NCBI GenBank assembly: GCA_041640655.1
Contig: JBEPZV010000009.1
Span: forward strand, 1-63,471
Origin: a bacterium
GTDB taxonomy: Bacteria > Acidobacteriota > Blastocatellia > HR10
Reading direction: 5' to 3'
Length of the DNA: 63,471 bases
Below are positions 41,767-51,685 of this stretch, piece by piece. Position 1 is the stretch's first letter. The number at the start of each line of letters is the position of its first letter. The notes under the pieces were generated by a model. The model was not told the origin of the DNA, ran no database searches, and saw only the letters and a program-made list of their open reading frames with translations. A program made the position numbers and the translations under genes.

Positions 41767-41930
41767 AGCCCCGGGGTTGGTCTTCCCGCGGTGCCCGTGG
41801 GGGTGCTGGTCTTGTTCTCGGAGCGCGTGGATGGCCCCGGTTGATGGCTCAATCGGCCTGTCTTGAAAAGTCGAGGAGGTGGCGCACATAATGCGGACGT
41901 GCGAATGCGGCGGAATCGGGAGAGGGGAGG

Positions 41931-43586
41931 ATGAGGAACGTTCTGACGCGCGTCGAAGAGGGCGTGGAGAGACGGTTCGATGCGTCGGTTCTGGGGTTCG
42001 GGCTCATTCTTCTTTTGGCGGTGGGGCTGCGGGCGAGCCATCTCGGAGCGCGCAACCTCTGGTTCGATGAAGCGTGGTCGTGGTATGTCTCACAGCAGCC
42101 GCTGCGGTTCATTCTCGAGGAGGGGCGGAGCAATATTCATCCTCCGTTTTTGCACGTCGTGTTGAAGCTCTGGACGACGATTTTCGGCGACGGCCTCACG
42201 GCCTTGCGGATGCCTTCGCTGTTGGCGAGCGTGGGCATTGTCGCCGGAGCGTACGGGTTGGGGCGACGGGTGCTCTCGCGGCAGGCGGCGCTTCTGGCGG
42301 CCGGGCTTCTGGCGCTTTCTCCGCATCAGGTCTTCTACGCGCAGGAAGCGCGGATGTACGCCTTGATGAGCGCGCTCGTGATTGGAGCCGTCCTCGCCTA
42401 TGTTCGTTTCCTTCGTCGAGAAGGGCTGCTGCGCGCGCCGACCGATCTCGAGCGAGGGCGCGACGAGCGGGGTTCGATGGGTTCGCGGGAAGGGGAGCGG
42501 GCGGACGTGCGCGGGGCTCTGGGGTACATGTTGGCGGGAGCGCTGGCACTTTACACGCACGTCTTCAGCGCGCTCGTCCTCGCAGCGGTGAATCTTCACT
42601 TCTTCGGGATGCTCTGGCATCGCGTGCGTCGGCGCGAGCTGCGGACCTCCGTCCGGTCGCTCGTGCGGCGGTGGATGATGTGGCAGCTCGGCGTGCTCCT
42701 CCTTTACGCGCCGTGGGTGACGACGTTTGTCTATCAAGTCTTCTCCCGTCCCCGGCAAGGGTGGCGTCCTCCTCTGGAGGGCGTTCGTCTGATGGGAGAA
42801 CTGTTCCTCTTTTTCGGGAAGATGTCGGTGGGATCGTTCGTCTATCCGCAGGGGGTCTACTATGCGATGAAGAATCTCATCGAGTACCGCTGGACGGCGG
42901 AGATGCTCTTGCGGGCGGTGGAGAATCTGTCGCTTTATCCTCTCGCCATCGGGCTCGGCGTATTCCTCTTCGGAAGAGGGGTGCGAGCGGCACGAGGCGG
43001 CCTCCTTCAGGCCCTCTTCTTTCTTCCCCTCGTTTTGATCTGCGGCGTTCTTCTGGTCATTCAGCAGTACATGGATTTCGGGCGCTACCTCATGATGATC
43101 GCGCCGTATTACTTCTTGCTCGTGGCGGCGGGCGTGATGACCCTTGATGCGGCGTGGAAGCGCGGAGCCGCGATCGGGCTCTTCGTTCTCCCGATGCTGC
43201 TCGGCTTGAAGGCGCATTATCGGGCACCATCGTTCGACAGCGACTATCGGCCGGTGGCGGCGGTCCTGCGCCAGGAGTGGCGCGAGGGAGATCGGATTCT
43301 GGTGGATCCCGGGTATCTGGATCGGTGCTTGCGGTACGAGTTGCGGGGGACACCGGTGCCTCGAGCGCTCCCTTCGGCGGATCTCCCGCTGCCGTCGTTG
43401 CGCGATCAGCTTCGGGACGTTCGGAGCGCGCGTGTGTGGGTTGTGCTCGACTATCGGTCACCGGTCTTCGCCGACGTGGAATCGCTGCATGTGGAGCGCG
43501 AGGGATGGAGGATCGCGTCGGATCGCGTCTTCCCGTCGTCCGATCCGCGTGTTCGGTTCTTGCGGTTTGAGCGTCGAGCCGAGTGA
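41931..43586 (+). CDS. GT-C membrane glycosyltransferase (ArnT/PMT-like)
   Basis: LWFDEAWS, HPP, LRMPS, YAQEARMY, multiple TM. Confidence 0.88.
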   Translation: MRNVLTRVEEGVERRFDASVLGFGLILLLAVGLRASHLGARNLWFDEAWSWYVSQQPLRFILEEGRSNIHPPFLHVVLKLWTTIFGDGLTALRMPSLLASVGIVAGAYGLGRRVLSRQAALLAAGLLALSPHQVFYAQEARMYALMSALVIGAVLAYVRFLRREGLLRAPTDLERGRDERGSMGSREGERADVRGALGYMLAGALALYTHVFSALVLAAVNLHFFGMLWHRVRRRELRTSVRSLVRRWMMWQLGVLLLYAPWVTTFVYQVFSRPRQGWRPPLEGVRLMGELFLFFGKMSVGSFVYPQGVYYAMKNLIEYRWTAEMLLRAVENLSLYPLAIGLGVFLFGRGVRAARGGLLQALFFLPLVLICGVLLVIQQYMDFGRYLMMIAPYYFLLVAAGVMTLDAAWKRGAAIGLFVLPMLLGLKAHYRAPSFDSDYRPVAAVLRQEWREGDRILVDPGYLDRCLRYELRGTPVPRALPSADLPLPSLRDQLRDVRSARVWVVLDYRSPVFADVESLHVEREGWRIASDRVFPSSDPRVRFLRFERRAE

Positions 43587-43623
43587 GGTTCACGCCAGGG
43601 TGGGATTCGAAAAGGAGAAGCAT

Positions 43624-44709
43624 ATGGCTCTCTTGAACGTCATGCAAGCGCATGACTATGAGCAAGTCATTGCCCTCAACAACAACGCGTCGGGGTTGCG
43701 GGGGTTCATCATCATTCACGACACGACGCGAGGGCCGGCCTTGGGGGGGATTCGCGTTCGTCCGTATGCGGGTGAGGCGGAAGCGCTCGAGGATGGCCTT
43801 CGGCTGGCGCGCGCGATGAGCTACAAGGCGGCGATCGCTGACCTCCCGTGTGGAGGGGGGAAGGCCGTGGTGATCGAGCATTCGGAATGGGATCGCGCTT
43901 TAGCCATGCGCACGCTCGGGCGGTTCATCGAGAGCTTGCGCGGGCGATTTCAGACGGGACGCGATCTCGGCCTGACGGAGGAGGACGTGCGTCTTCTGCG
44001 CGAAGAGACGCGGTACATCGGATGCGAAGGTGTGGAGTCCGACGCGTACACGGCGCTCGGCGTGATCGAAGGGATGCGCGCTTGCGTGGAGCATCTCGTG
44101 GGGAGGGAATCCTCAGGGCAACCTTTCGCCGGACTCACGGTCGCCGTGCAAGGGGTGGGGAATGTGGGTTGGGCGATCGCGCGGCGTCTTCATGAAGCAG
44201 GGGCGCGCCTGATCGTCGCCGATGTGGACGAGCGGCGGGCGCGCGCGGCCGAGCGCGCGTTCGGCGCCCGGGTCGTCGCCCCTGAGGAGATCTATGAGGC
44301 GCCGGCCGATGTCTTCTGTCCTTGCGCCTTGGGAGGCGTCCTCACCGAACGAACGATCGCGCTCCTGCGGGCGCGCATCGTCGCCGGTTCGGCCAACAAT
44401 GTGCTCGCCGATGAGGTGCTCGGATGGACGCTCAGGGAGCGAGGGATTCTCTATGCGCCGGATTTCGTGATCAATGCGGGCGCTCTCATTCACGGAGCGA
44501 ACCTCTCTCTGAGAGGGAAGCGGGAGAACGAAGCCGACGTGCGACGAATTTACGACCGGATGCGCGAGATCCTGACCGTGGCCGAGCGCGAACGTGTGCC
44601 GACGAATGTGGTGGCCCAGCGCCTGGCCGAGAGCCGGTTGAAGGCCTCGAAGACCTATCGCGATCTCTTCTGGGGAGAGGCAACGGACGCGTCGGGATGT
44701 TGCGCATGA
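43624..44709 (+). CDS. Leu/Phe/Val-type amino acid dehydrogenase
   Basis: GPALGGIR, MSYK, GGGKAV, VQGVGNVG, PCALGG, GSANN, PDFVINAG. Confidence 0.92.
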   Translation: MALLNVMQAHDYEQVIALNNNASGLRGFIIIHDTTRGPALGGIRVRPYAGEAEALEDGLRLARAMSYKAAIADLPCGGGKAVVIEHSEWDRALAMRTLGRFIESLRGRFQTGRDLGLTEEDVRLLREETRYIGCEGVESDAYTALGVIEGMRACVEHLVGRESSGQPFAGLTVAVQGVGNVGWAIARRLHEAGARLIVADVDERRARAAERAFGARVVAPEEIYEAPADVFCPCALGGVLTERTIALLRARIVAGSANNVLADEVLGWTLRERGILYAPDFVINAGALIHGANLSLRGKRENEADVRRIYDRMREILTVAERERVPTNVVAQRLAESRLKASKTYRDLFWGEATDASGCCA

Positions 44710-44830
44710 TCCGATGCGCGCGAGACCTTCGGCGCGGTTGTCCGAGGGCGCGAGTTTTGGTAGGGTCTCTCTCCTCATGGACGGGAATACCCCGAGAGCG
44801 AGGGGGGATTCGGGAGAGGAGAATGGAGCG

Positions 44831-46519
44831 ATGAGGGATCGAAAGAGCGGGTGGGTCGTCCTTCTTGTCCTCGCGCTCATGAGTGCGTGGGCGTCGCCGC
44901 GCGCGCAGGAGCGGGCGGATCTCGTCCTGCGCGGGGGGAAGATCGTGACGATGAATCCGAAGCAGCCGCAGGCGGAAGCGATCGCGATCGTCGGGCGGCG
45001 GATCGCGCGCGTCGGGAGCGATCGAGAGATCGAGGAGATGATCGGCCCCAACACGCGCGTCATTGAGTTGCGGGGGCGGCTCGTCGTCCCGGGATTCATC
45101 GAATCGCACGGGCATTTGCTCGGGCTCGGGCAGAGCCGGTTGATTCTTGATCTGCGGGGGACACGGAGCGCCGAGGAGGTGGCCGAACGGGTCGCGCGAA
45201 AGGCGAGGGAGGCGAAGCCCGGAGAATGGATCCTCGGTCGAGGATGGGATCAGAATGAATGGCCACGGAAGGACTTTCCCACGCATGAGGTTCTCGATCG
45301 GGTCGCGCCGCGACATCCCGTGTATCTGACGCGCGTGGACGGGCACGCCGCGTGGGTGAATCGGCGCGCGTTGGAGCTGGCGGGGATCACGCGGGAGACG
45401 GCGGATCCGCCCGGCGGTCGCCTCATCCGCGATGCTAGAGGACGTCCGACGGGCGTGCTCATTGACCGCGCGATGAATCTGGTGGCTCGCCTGATCCCGC
45501 CCCGCAGCCGGGAGGAGAATAAGCGGGCGTTGCTGCTGGCCATCGAGGAGTGTCTGCGCTCGGGGATCACGAGCTTTCATGATGCGGGGGCGAGTCGCGA
45601 AGCGATCGAGCTGTACAAGGAGTTGCTTCGGGAGGGGGCGTTGCGGCTTCGCCTCTATGTCATGATCAGTGGACGAGACGAGGCGCTCCTCCGCGAGTAC
45701 GTGGAGCGCGGGCCGGAGATCGGGCTCGGCGAGCATCATCTGACGATTCGGGCGATCAAGCTCGTCGCCGATGGCGCGCTCGGCTCGCGCGGCGCGGCGC
45801 TCTTGGAGCCTTATGCGGATGAGCCCACGCAGTCGGGATTGCTCCTCCTCTCGGAGGAGGAGATCTATCAGATCGCCCGACGCGCGCTCGCCTCCGGGTT
45901 TCAGGTCAACACGCACGCCATCGGGGATCGGGCCAACCGCGTCGTGCTCAATGCCTACGAGCGCGCCTTTCGCGAATTCCCGAATGTGCGGGATCCTCGG
46001 TTTCGGATCGAGCACGCGCAGATCCTGGATGAGGCTGACATCCCGCGCTTCGCTCGGCTGGGCGTGATCGCCTCGATGCAAGCGATTCACGCGACGTCGG
46101 ACATGCCGTGGGTGCCCGCGCGGTTGGGCGAGGCGCGCGCGCGCGAAGGCGCCTATGTCTGGCGGAAGCTCTTGCAGAGCGGCGCGCGGATCGCCAACGG
46201 ATCGGATGCTCCGGTCGAGCCGCTGAATCCGCTGCTCGGCTTCTACGCGGCGATCACGCGGCAGGATGAACGCGGGAATCCGCCGGGCGGTTGGTTTCCC
46301 GATCAACGCATGACGCGCGAGGAGGCGTTGCGCTCCTTCACGCTCGATGCCGCGTACGCGGCGTTCGAGGAGCATCTGAAGGGCTCGCTGGAGCCGGGGA
46401 AGTTGGCCGATCTCGTCGTCCTCTCCAAAGACATCATGACGATCCCTCCGGCGGAGATCCTGCGGACGGAAGTGGATCTCACCCTCGTGGATGGTCGGAT
46501 CGTCTATGAGCGACCATGA
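44831..46519 (+). CDS. Exported amidohydrolase (Amidohydro_3/YtcJ-like)
   Basis: PGFIESHGH, DGALGSRGA, HAIGDRAN, RIEHAQ, GSDAPVE. Confidence 0.9.
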   Translation: MRDRKSGWVVLLVLALMSAWASPRAQERADLVLRGGKIVTMNPKQPQAEAIAIVGRRIARVGSDREIEEMIGPNTRVIELRGRLVVPGFIESHGHLLGLGQSRLILDLRGTRSAEEVAERVARKAREAKPGEWILGRGWDQNEWPRKDFPTHEVLDRVAPRHPVYLTRVDGHAAWVNRRALELAGITRETADPPGGRLIRDARGRPTGVLIDRAMNLVARLIPPRSREENKRALLLAIEECLRSGITSFHDAGASREAIELYKELLREGALRLRLYVMISGRDEALLREYVERGPEIGLGEHHLTIRAIKLVADGALGSRGAALLEPYADEPTQSGLLLLSEEEIYQIARRALASGFQVNTHAIGDRANRVVLNAYERAFREFPNVRDPRFRIEHAQILDEADIPRFARLGVIASMQAIHATSDMPWVPARLGEARAREGAYVWRKLLQSGARIANGSDAPVEPLNPLLGFYAAITRQDERGNPPGGWFPDQRMTREEALRSFTLDAAYAAFEEHLKGSLEPGKLADLVVLSKDIMTIPPAEILRTEVDLTLVDGRIVYERP

Positions 46520-46566
46520 GGCGCGCGCGGTGTGATAGAATTCAAGCCAGGGAGGGGGGATGAGCT

Positions 46567-47154
46567 ATGCACATCGTCCGAGGCGATGTGGGATGGATCG
46601 AGGTGATCTGCGGGGGGATGTTCAGCGGCAAGAGCGAAGAGCTGATTCGCCGATTGCGGCGGGCGCAGATCGCGCGCCAGAAGGTTCAAGTCTTCAAGCC
46701 GCGCGTGGACGCGCGCTACAGTGAGAATGAGATCGTCTCGCACAGTCAATGGCGGCTGGAGGCCGAGGTCGTCGGCTCCGCGCGCGAGATCCTCGAGCGC
46801 GTGCACGCGGATACCGAGGTCGTGGGCATTGACGAGGGACAGTTTTTCGACCTCGATCTCGTGGATGTCTGCAACGAGCTGGCCAATCGTGGCAAGCGGG
46901 TGATCGTCGCCGGGTTGGATCAGGACTATCGCGGGCACCCCTTCGAGCCGATGCCGCAGCTTCTGGCCATCGCTGAGTATGTGACCAAGACGCTCGCCAT
47001 CTGCGTGCGGTGCGGCAATCCGGCCAACTACTCGCAGCGGTTGGTTCCCAGCGATGAGCGCGTGCTCGTCGGCGCGGCCGGCGTGTATGAGCCGCGCTGT
47101 CGGAAGTGCTTCGTTCCGGGCGTCGCTCCGGTCGGAGAAGAAGCGCGGCGATGA
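46567..47154 (+). CDS. tdk: Thymidine kinase
   Basis: [39 protein letters not shown]. Confidence 0.96.
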   Translation: MHIVRGDVGWIEVICGGMFSGKSEELIRRLRRAQIARQKVQVFKPRVDARYSENEIVSHSQWRLEAEVVGSAREILERVHADTEVVGIDEGQFFDLDLVDVCNELANRGKRVIVAGLDQDYRGHPFEPMPQLLAIAEYVTKTLAICVRCGNPANYSQRLVPSDERVLVGAAGVYEPRCRKCFVPGVAPVGEEARR

Positions 47155-47786
47155 GCACCTTCGAGCCCTTGTGGGACCGCGTGCTCTCGATGGATCTCTG
47201 GCTCCGCGTGATCGCGAAGCTTCTGGAGATCGCGCTCATCGTGGTTCTGGCGCGGCTCGCGCTTCTGCTCAGCCGGAGGGTCCTGGCGCGCGCGCTGCGA
47301 CCGATGCGGGGACGGAGGCTCACCAGCGAGGCGGCGGAACGTCGCGCGCGCACGCTCCTGGCGATGGCGCAGAGCCTGGTCAAATACGTCATCTTGGTCG
47401 CGGCGTCGCTCGTCATCTTGGGGCGATTGGGCGTCTCCACCGGATCGCTGCTCACGGGAGGGGCGATCGCCGGTCTCGCCGTGACCTTCGGCGCTCAGAA
47501 TCTGATCCGCGATTTCTTCACGGGCATCGCCCTGCTCATTGAAGATGCCTTCACCATCGGGGATCGCATCACCGTCGCGGGAGTCACCGGCGAAGTGATC
47601 GAGATGGGGATGCGTATGGTGAAGCTGCGCGATGATGATGGCACGGTGCATCTGGTCCCCTACGGGGCCATTCAGACGGTGAGCAATCGGAGCCGCGCGG
47701 TTCCGACCGGGACATCGAGCGAGCGCGCGGTCCCGGCGCCCTCGGCTTCTGAAGCTCCGCCGATTGAGGAGATCGAAGGGGGATGA
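47151..47786 (+). CDS. Short MscS-family mechanosensitive channel
   Basis: [32 protein letters not shown]. Confidence 0.85.
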   Translation: MSTFEPLWDRVLSMDLWLRVIAKLLEIALIVVLARLALLLSRRVLARALRPMRGRRLTSEAAERRARTLLAMAQSLVKYVILVAASLVILGRLGVSTGSLLTGGAIAGLAVTFGAQNLIRDFFTGIALLIEDAFTIGDRITVAGVTGEVIEMGMRMVKLRDDDGTVHLVPYGAIQTVSNRSRAVPTGTSSERAVPAPSASEAPPIEEIEGG

Positions 47787-48313
47787 GGGGGAGGCGACTT
47801 CTGGCTCTGCTCACTCTGGGAGCCGTCTTCGGGCTCCTGGTCGCGTTGCTGCTCTCCTTGCGCCATTCGCTCGAGCGCGAGCGGGCGCTCGGTCAGGGTC
47901 AGATCTTCCCCACAACGGTCGCGCGCGTGCTCAGCGATGGGTTCGAGAGGCGACCCGTGCCTTCGGGGCGGAAGATGCTGTTGGTCCTCTTCCGACCCGA
48001 TTGTCCGCAGTGCGAGCGCGAGCTCGTGCGCTTGGAGCAAGTGTGCGCGCAGATCCCCGAGGAGCGGCTCGAGTGCATGGCCCTCTCTTTCGGTCCGGAA
48101 CATCACACGTACGCGTGGCAGCAGGCGCGCGCGTTTCGCCGGTTGAAGATCGCCGTGAGCGCGGATCCGACCTTCGCCGAGCGGTACGGGGATTGGCTCC
48201 TGGCCGTCCCGCTCGTGTTCTTCATCACCGAGCAGGGGGTGATTCATGAGCGGTACGCCGGCGAGCGCAGTCCGGAATATACCCTCGCGCGCGTTCGTGA
48301 ATTCGTGCGGTGA
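47783..48313 (+). CDS. Membrane-anchored thioredoxin-fold (TlpA/redoxin-like) protein
   Basis: N-terminal TM, LVLFRPDCPQC, VP..FFITEQGVI. Confidence 0.75.
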   Translation: MRGRRLLALLTLGAVFGLLVALLLSLRHSLERERALGQGQIFPTTVARVLSDGFERRPVPSGRKMLLVLFRPDCPQCERELVRLEQVCAQIPEERLECMALSFGPEHHTYAWQQARAFRRLKIAVSADPTFAERYGDWLLAVPLVFFITEQGVIHERYAGERSPEYTLARVREFVR

Positions 48314-48333
48314 ATCGGTCGGGAGGATCGAAC

Positions 48334-49074
48334 ATGGGCGAACGACGTTCCCTCACGTCGCTCTTCGCTCAGGCGCTCTGGGCGCCGCGCGCTCTGGCCG
48401 TGGCCATTGAGGAGGAGCGAGCGGGCTGGCGGCGACCAGCCCTGGTGATCATCGGTGCGCTAATCGTTCTGGATGTCCTCGCGCTCCCTCTCTTCATGCG
48501 CGCGCTGCCGCAGATGGCGCCCGTCGGATTGAGCCCGGATATGCTTCTGCAATTGGAGCGAACGGCGCGGATCATGCGTCCAATTCAGATCGCGCTCTCT
48601 CCGTTGGGACTCTTGCTCAAGTGGGCGTTCACAGCCGCGCTCCTTTTCGGCATGGGGCTTCTCCTGTTGCGCCCCTCTTCTCCCGCCGAAGGAGGGGGAG
48701 CGCGCCTTGTCCCGGTGAGGATGTTCTTCACACTCGTCGTCTATGCGAACCTCGTCGTCGTGCTGGAGGAGCTTCTCAAGAACCTCATCCTCTGGCTTCG
48801 CTATTCCCTCACGGGGGCGATCATACTCCGTCCGGCGATCGGGCTGGATGCGCTCGTGCGCCCCTCGGATGCGGCGCTCGCCGTCGTGCTCGAACACGCG
48901 AATATCTTCGACGTCTGGTTCCTGGCGATCCTCATTGGCGGGGTCGGCGCGCTCTGCCGGTGCTCGCGCGCTCGGGCCGCGGCGTTGGTGCTCCCCGTAT
49001 GGGGATTCGGCGTGCTCGCGCAGATGGGGTTGGCGCTTGTGCGGGATGTGCTCACGCGACAGTTAGGGGGATGA
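48334..49074 (+). CDS. Yip1-family membrane protein
   Basis: ALWAP start, ~5 TM, NIFDVW..LIGG motif. Confidence 0.65.
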   Translation: MGERRSLTSLFAQALWAPRALAVAIEEERAGWRRPALVIIGALIVLDVLALPLFMRALPQMAPVGLSPDMLLQLERTARIMRPIQIALSPLGLLLKWAFTAALLFGMGLLLLRPSSPAEGGGARLVPVRMFFTLVVYANLVVVLEELLKNLILWLRYSLTGAIILRPAIGLDALVRPSDAALAVVLEHANIFDVWFLAILIGGVGALCRCSRARAAALVLPVWGFGVLAQMGLALVRDVLTRQLGG

Positions 49075-49080
49075 AGTGCT

Positions 49081-50217
49081 TCAGCCCATCGCGCGCCGAC
49101 GACGCAGGCGCTCCTGAGCCCACGCGGCGGTGGGGATCGCCGATGGGGGACGCGCATCTTCGGGCAAGAGCGTCTCCTCCCATGCGGGAATTCGAGAGTC
49201 GGTGCGGAAGTGCGCGAGCAGTTCGGGGTTCTCAAGCACCTTCGCCATTCCCAGGATCACCGCCTCCAGCGGTCGCTGGGCGCGACGGACGGGAAGGCGC
49301 AGCTCCTCGCGCATGCGATCGTCCAGATGTCGGATGAGGGAGCCCCCACCAGTCAGCACGATCCCGAACTGGTGAATATCGGCAGCGACATCCGGTGGAG
49401 CCGCCTCGATGACCGCGCGCACGGCGTTGAGGATGGCCTGAATCGGACGTTCGATCGCGCGCGCGACCTCCTCCGCCGTCACCTCGATCTCCTGCAGCTC
49501 GCCCGTGACCACCGATTTCCCCAGAAGACGCTTCCGCCCCTCGGTGAGGAAGGGAAGGGCCGAGGCGAGCTCAAACTTCACCGCTTCGGCCACTTGCCAA
49601 CCGACGAGCACTTCGCGCTCGCGGCGCAGAAGATCGAGGATCGCTTCGGTCATCTCGTTCCCGGCCACGCGCACCGCGCGCGCGACGATCACTCCGTGAG
49701 CGGAGACGATGCTCACACCAGTCGTCCCGCCGCCGATGTCCACGAGCATGCTGGCTCGTCCATCGGGTCGCATCACCTCCACGCCTAAGGCCGCCGCTAA
49801 CCCTTCCTCGATGAGATGAACGCGATCGGCACCCGCCTGGTGTGCGATCTGCGGCAGGACCGCGCGCTCGACATCGGTGGCGGAACTGGGCACGCCGATG
49901 AGGACATGCATCCAGCGGCCGGAGCCGCCCGCCCGCGCGCGTTCCAGGAGCGCTCCGAGCAGCGCGGCGGCGAGGTCGCCATCGGCGACCGTGCCATCGC
50001 GCATCGGGTGGCGCACGACGACGTCGCGGGGCTCGCGACCGAGCATCGCCAGCGCTTCATGCCCCACGGCCACGAGCGCGCCCGTGTACTTATTGACGGC
50101 GACGACCGAAGGTTCGTGCACGAGGAGGCCGCGCCCGCGCCCGTAAATCAGTGTCGTGGCCGTCCCCAGATCCACAGCCAGCTCTTGAATGAGCCACCGC
50201 TTCACATGACGCCACAT
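49081..50217 (-). CDS. MreB/Mbl-like actin paralog
   Basis: AVDLGTATT, EPSVVA, HPMRDG, VDIGGGTT, GIVLTGGGS. Confidence 0.88.
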   Translation of the reverse strand: MWRHVKRWLIQELAVDLGTATTLIYGRGRGLLVHEPSVVAVNKYTGALVAVGHEALAMLGREPRDVVVRHPMRDGTVADGDLAAALLGALLERARAGGSGRWMHVLIGVPSSATDVERAVLPQIAHQAGADRVHLIEEGLAAALGVEVMRPDGRASMLVDIGGGTTGVSIVSAHGVIVARAVRVAGNEMTEAILDLLRREREVLVGWQVAEAVKFELASALPFLTEGRKRLLGKSVVTGELQEIEVTAEEVARAIERPIQAILNAVRAVIEAAPPDVAADIHQFGIVLTGGGSLIRHLDDRMREELRLPVRRAQRPLEAVILGMAKVLENPELLAHFRTDSRIPAWEETLLPEDARPPSAIPTAAWAQERLRRRRAMG

Positions 50218-50321
50218 CGTTCTCCCCACGCGTCGTCCGGTGTTGGCCTGCGACCTGAGGGGAAGAGATCGGAGGACTTCCTCGCCAAGAGGCCACCGTG
50301 GGCTCGCGATGTTCGAGAGCC

Positions 50322-51263
50322 TCACCGCCTCTCGCCGGGATGTTCGGCTTTCGTCCTCAGGGTGAGAGTCGGATCGTTCGCCAGAAGGAGAATCCGACGC
50401 CGATTGAGGGGGTTCACGCCTTGCGGTTTGTAGATCACCTGGTAGCATCGTTGGTTCAGCTCCTCCAAGATCTCTCGAGCGGCGCGCTCCGCGTCCTTGA
50501 GCGGGTAGGCCTTGCCGCCGGTTCCCTGCACCAGTCGCGCGACCGCTTCTTCCGGTTTGAGCGCTCTTCGACGCGTCGCCCCACGCGTTCGATCGTCAGC
50601 TTGGAGCACGTAGACGAGAACGTTCTCTCGCGCGAGATGAGCGAGCACGACGTCGGGGGACATCTGGCTCTCCCGATCGAAGCCGTCGGAGACGAGCACG
50701 ATGACGCGCTTGGAATATCCCACCTGAAGGCGCAGCGCATCATCGAGCGTGGCTTGCAGAGCATCCCAGAGGCGCACCTTCGTCGAACTCACGCGCTTGA
50801 GTCGCAGCCCCGCGCGTTCGAGTTTCTCCCGATCCGCCGTGAACTCCTCGAGAACTTCTGGCTCCTCGCCGTAGGCGATGACCATCATCTGATCGCCCTC
50901 GTAGAGATGCGCGCTGAAGGCCTTCACGACCTGAAGCAATTGCCCCGGCTCCGCGCGCAGCGAATCGCTCGCGTCCAAAAGCAGCGCGATTCGAGCCGCC
51001 GAATAATCCGGTTGCACGGCTTCGATCTGCTGCTCGATCCCGGCATCGTACAGCTCGAGCTTCTCGCGCGTGAGCTGAATCTCTTGGCGCCCGTCCTTTG
51101 GTTCCACGATCACGTTGAGGATGACGGAGGCGCCCATTCGTTCCACCACCTCGCGCCGTCCGGCTTGGGGGCTCCCCCACGCAGGTTCCAACAGGAGCAG
51201 GAGCGTACTCCCACCGGTCACCAGTCGGCTCGCGCGATGTGACCACAGCCGGTGCATCATCAT
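50322..51263 (-). CDS. Exported VWA-domain protein (acidobacterial VWFA-related type)
   Basis: LLLDASDS MIDAS-like motif, LWDAL, VIVLVSDGFD, TGG. Confidence 0.82.
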   Translation of the reverse strand: MMMHRLWSHRASRLVTGGSTLLLLLEPAWGSPQAGRREVVERMGASVILNVIVEPKDGRQEIQLTREKLELYDAGIEQQIEAVQPDYSAARIALLLDASDSLRAEPGQLLQVVKAFSAHLYEGDQMMVIAYGEEPEVLEEFTADREKLERAGLRLKRVSSTKVRLWDALQATLDDALRLQVGYSKRVIVLVSDGFDRESQMSPDVVLAHLARENVLVYVLQADDRTRGATRRRALKPEEAVARLVQGTGGKAYPLKDAERAAREILEELNQRCYQVIYKPQGVNPLNRRRILLLANDPTLTLRTKAEHPGERR

Positions 51264-51349
51264 GCCTCGAGCCCAAGCCCCGCGTCCTTCGCCCGCACGG
51301 CGCGGGACCGTCCATCGGTGAGCGCCGGACGCCAATTCATCGCGCCGTT

Positions 51350-51595
51350 CTACGCTTCGGATTTCGAGGACGTCTTGTCCCCTTCGGAAGACGTGCCCTC
51401 CTTCTGCTGGCGCTCCTTCCGCGCGTAGTCAGTGAGATACCACCCCGACCCTTTCAAGATGAAGCTGCTCTGCGAGATGATTCGCTCCAATCGCCCGCCA
51501 CAACTCTTGCAGCGGGTGAGCGGTTTGTCGCTCATCTTCTGAAGGACCTCCAGGTGCGCGCCGCATTTCTCACACACGTACTCGTAAATCGGCAT
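51350..51595 (-). CDS. FmdB-family zinc-ribbon protein
   Basis: MPIYEYVCEKCG..CKSCGG..FILKGSGWYLTDY; TTGAAG-N17-TACAAT promoter at 51645-51673. Confidence 0.92.
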   Translation of the reverse strand: MPIYEYVCEKCGAHLEVLQKMSDKPLTRCKSCGGRLERIISQSSFILKGSGWYLTDYARKERQQKEGTSSEGDKTSSKSEA

Positions 51596-51685
51596 CCTCG
51601 CTCCACCTCCTCACTCGGGTGTCGTCGGAATCATTCAAATCGAGATTGTAGCAGGAGCGAACCATTCCTTCAAGCGCGCGTCCGC

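Noticed and set aside
34388..41770. Classical RiPP cluster (lanthipeptide, sactipeptide, ranthipeptide)
   Set aside because: No LanB/C/M, radical SAM, YcaO or peptidase-ABC genes; Sec-type signals and even Cys counts in the core domains favour disulfides
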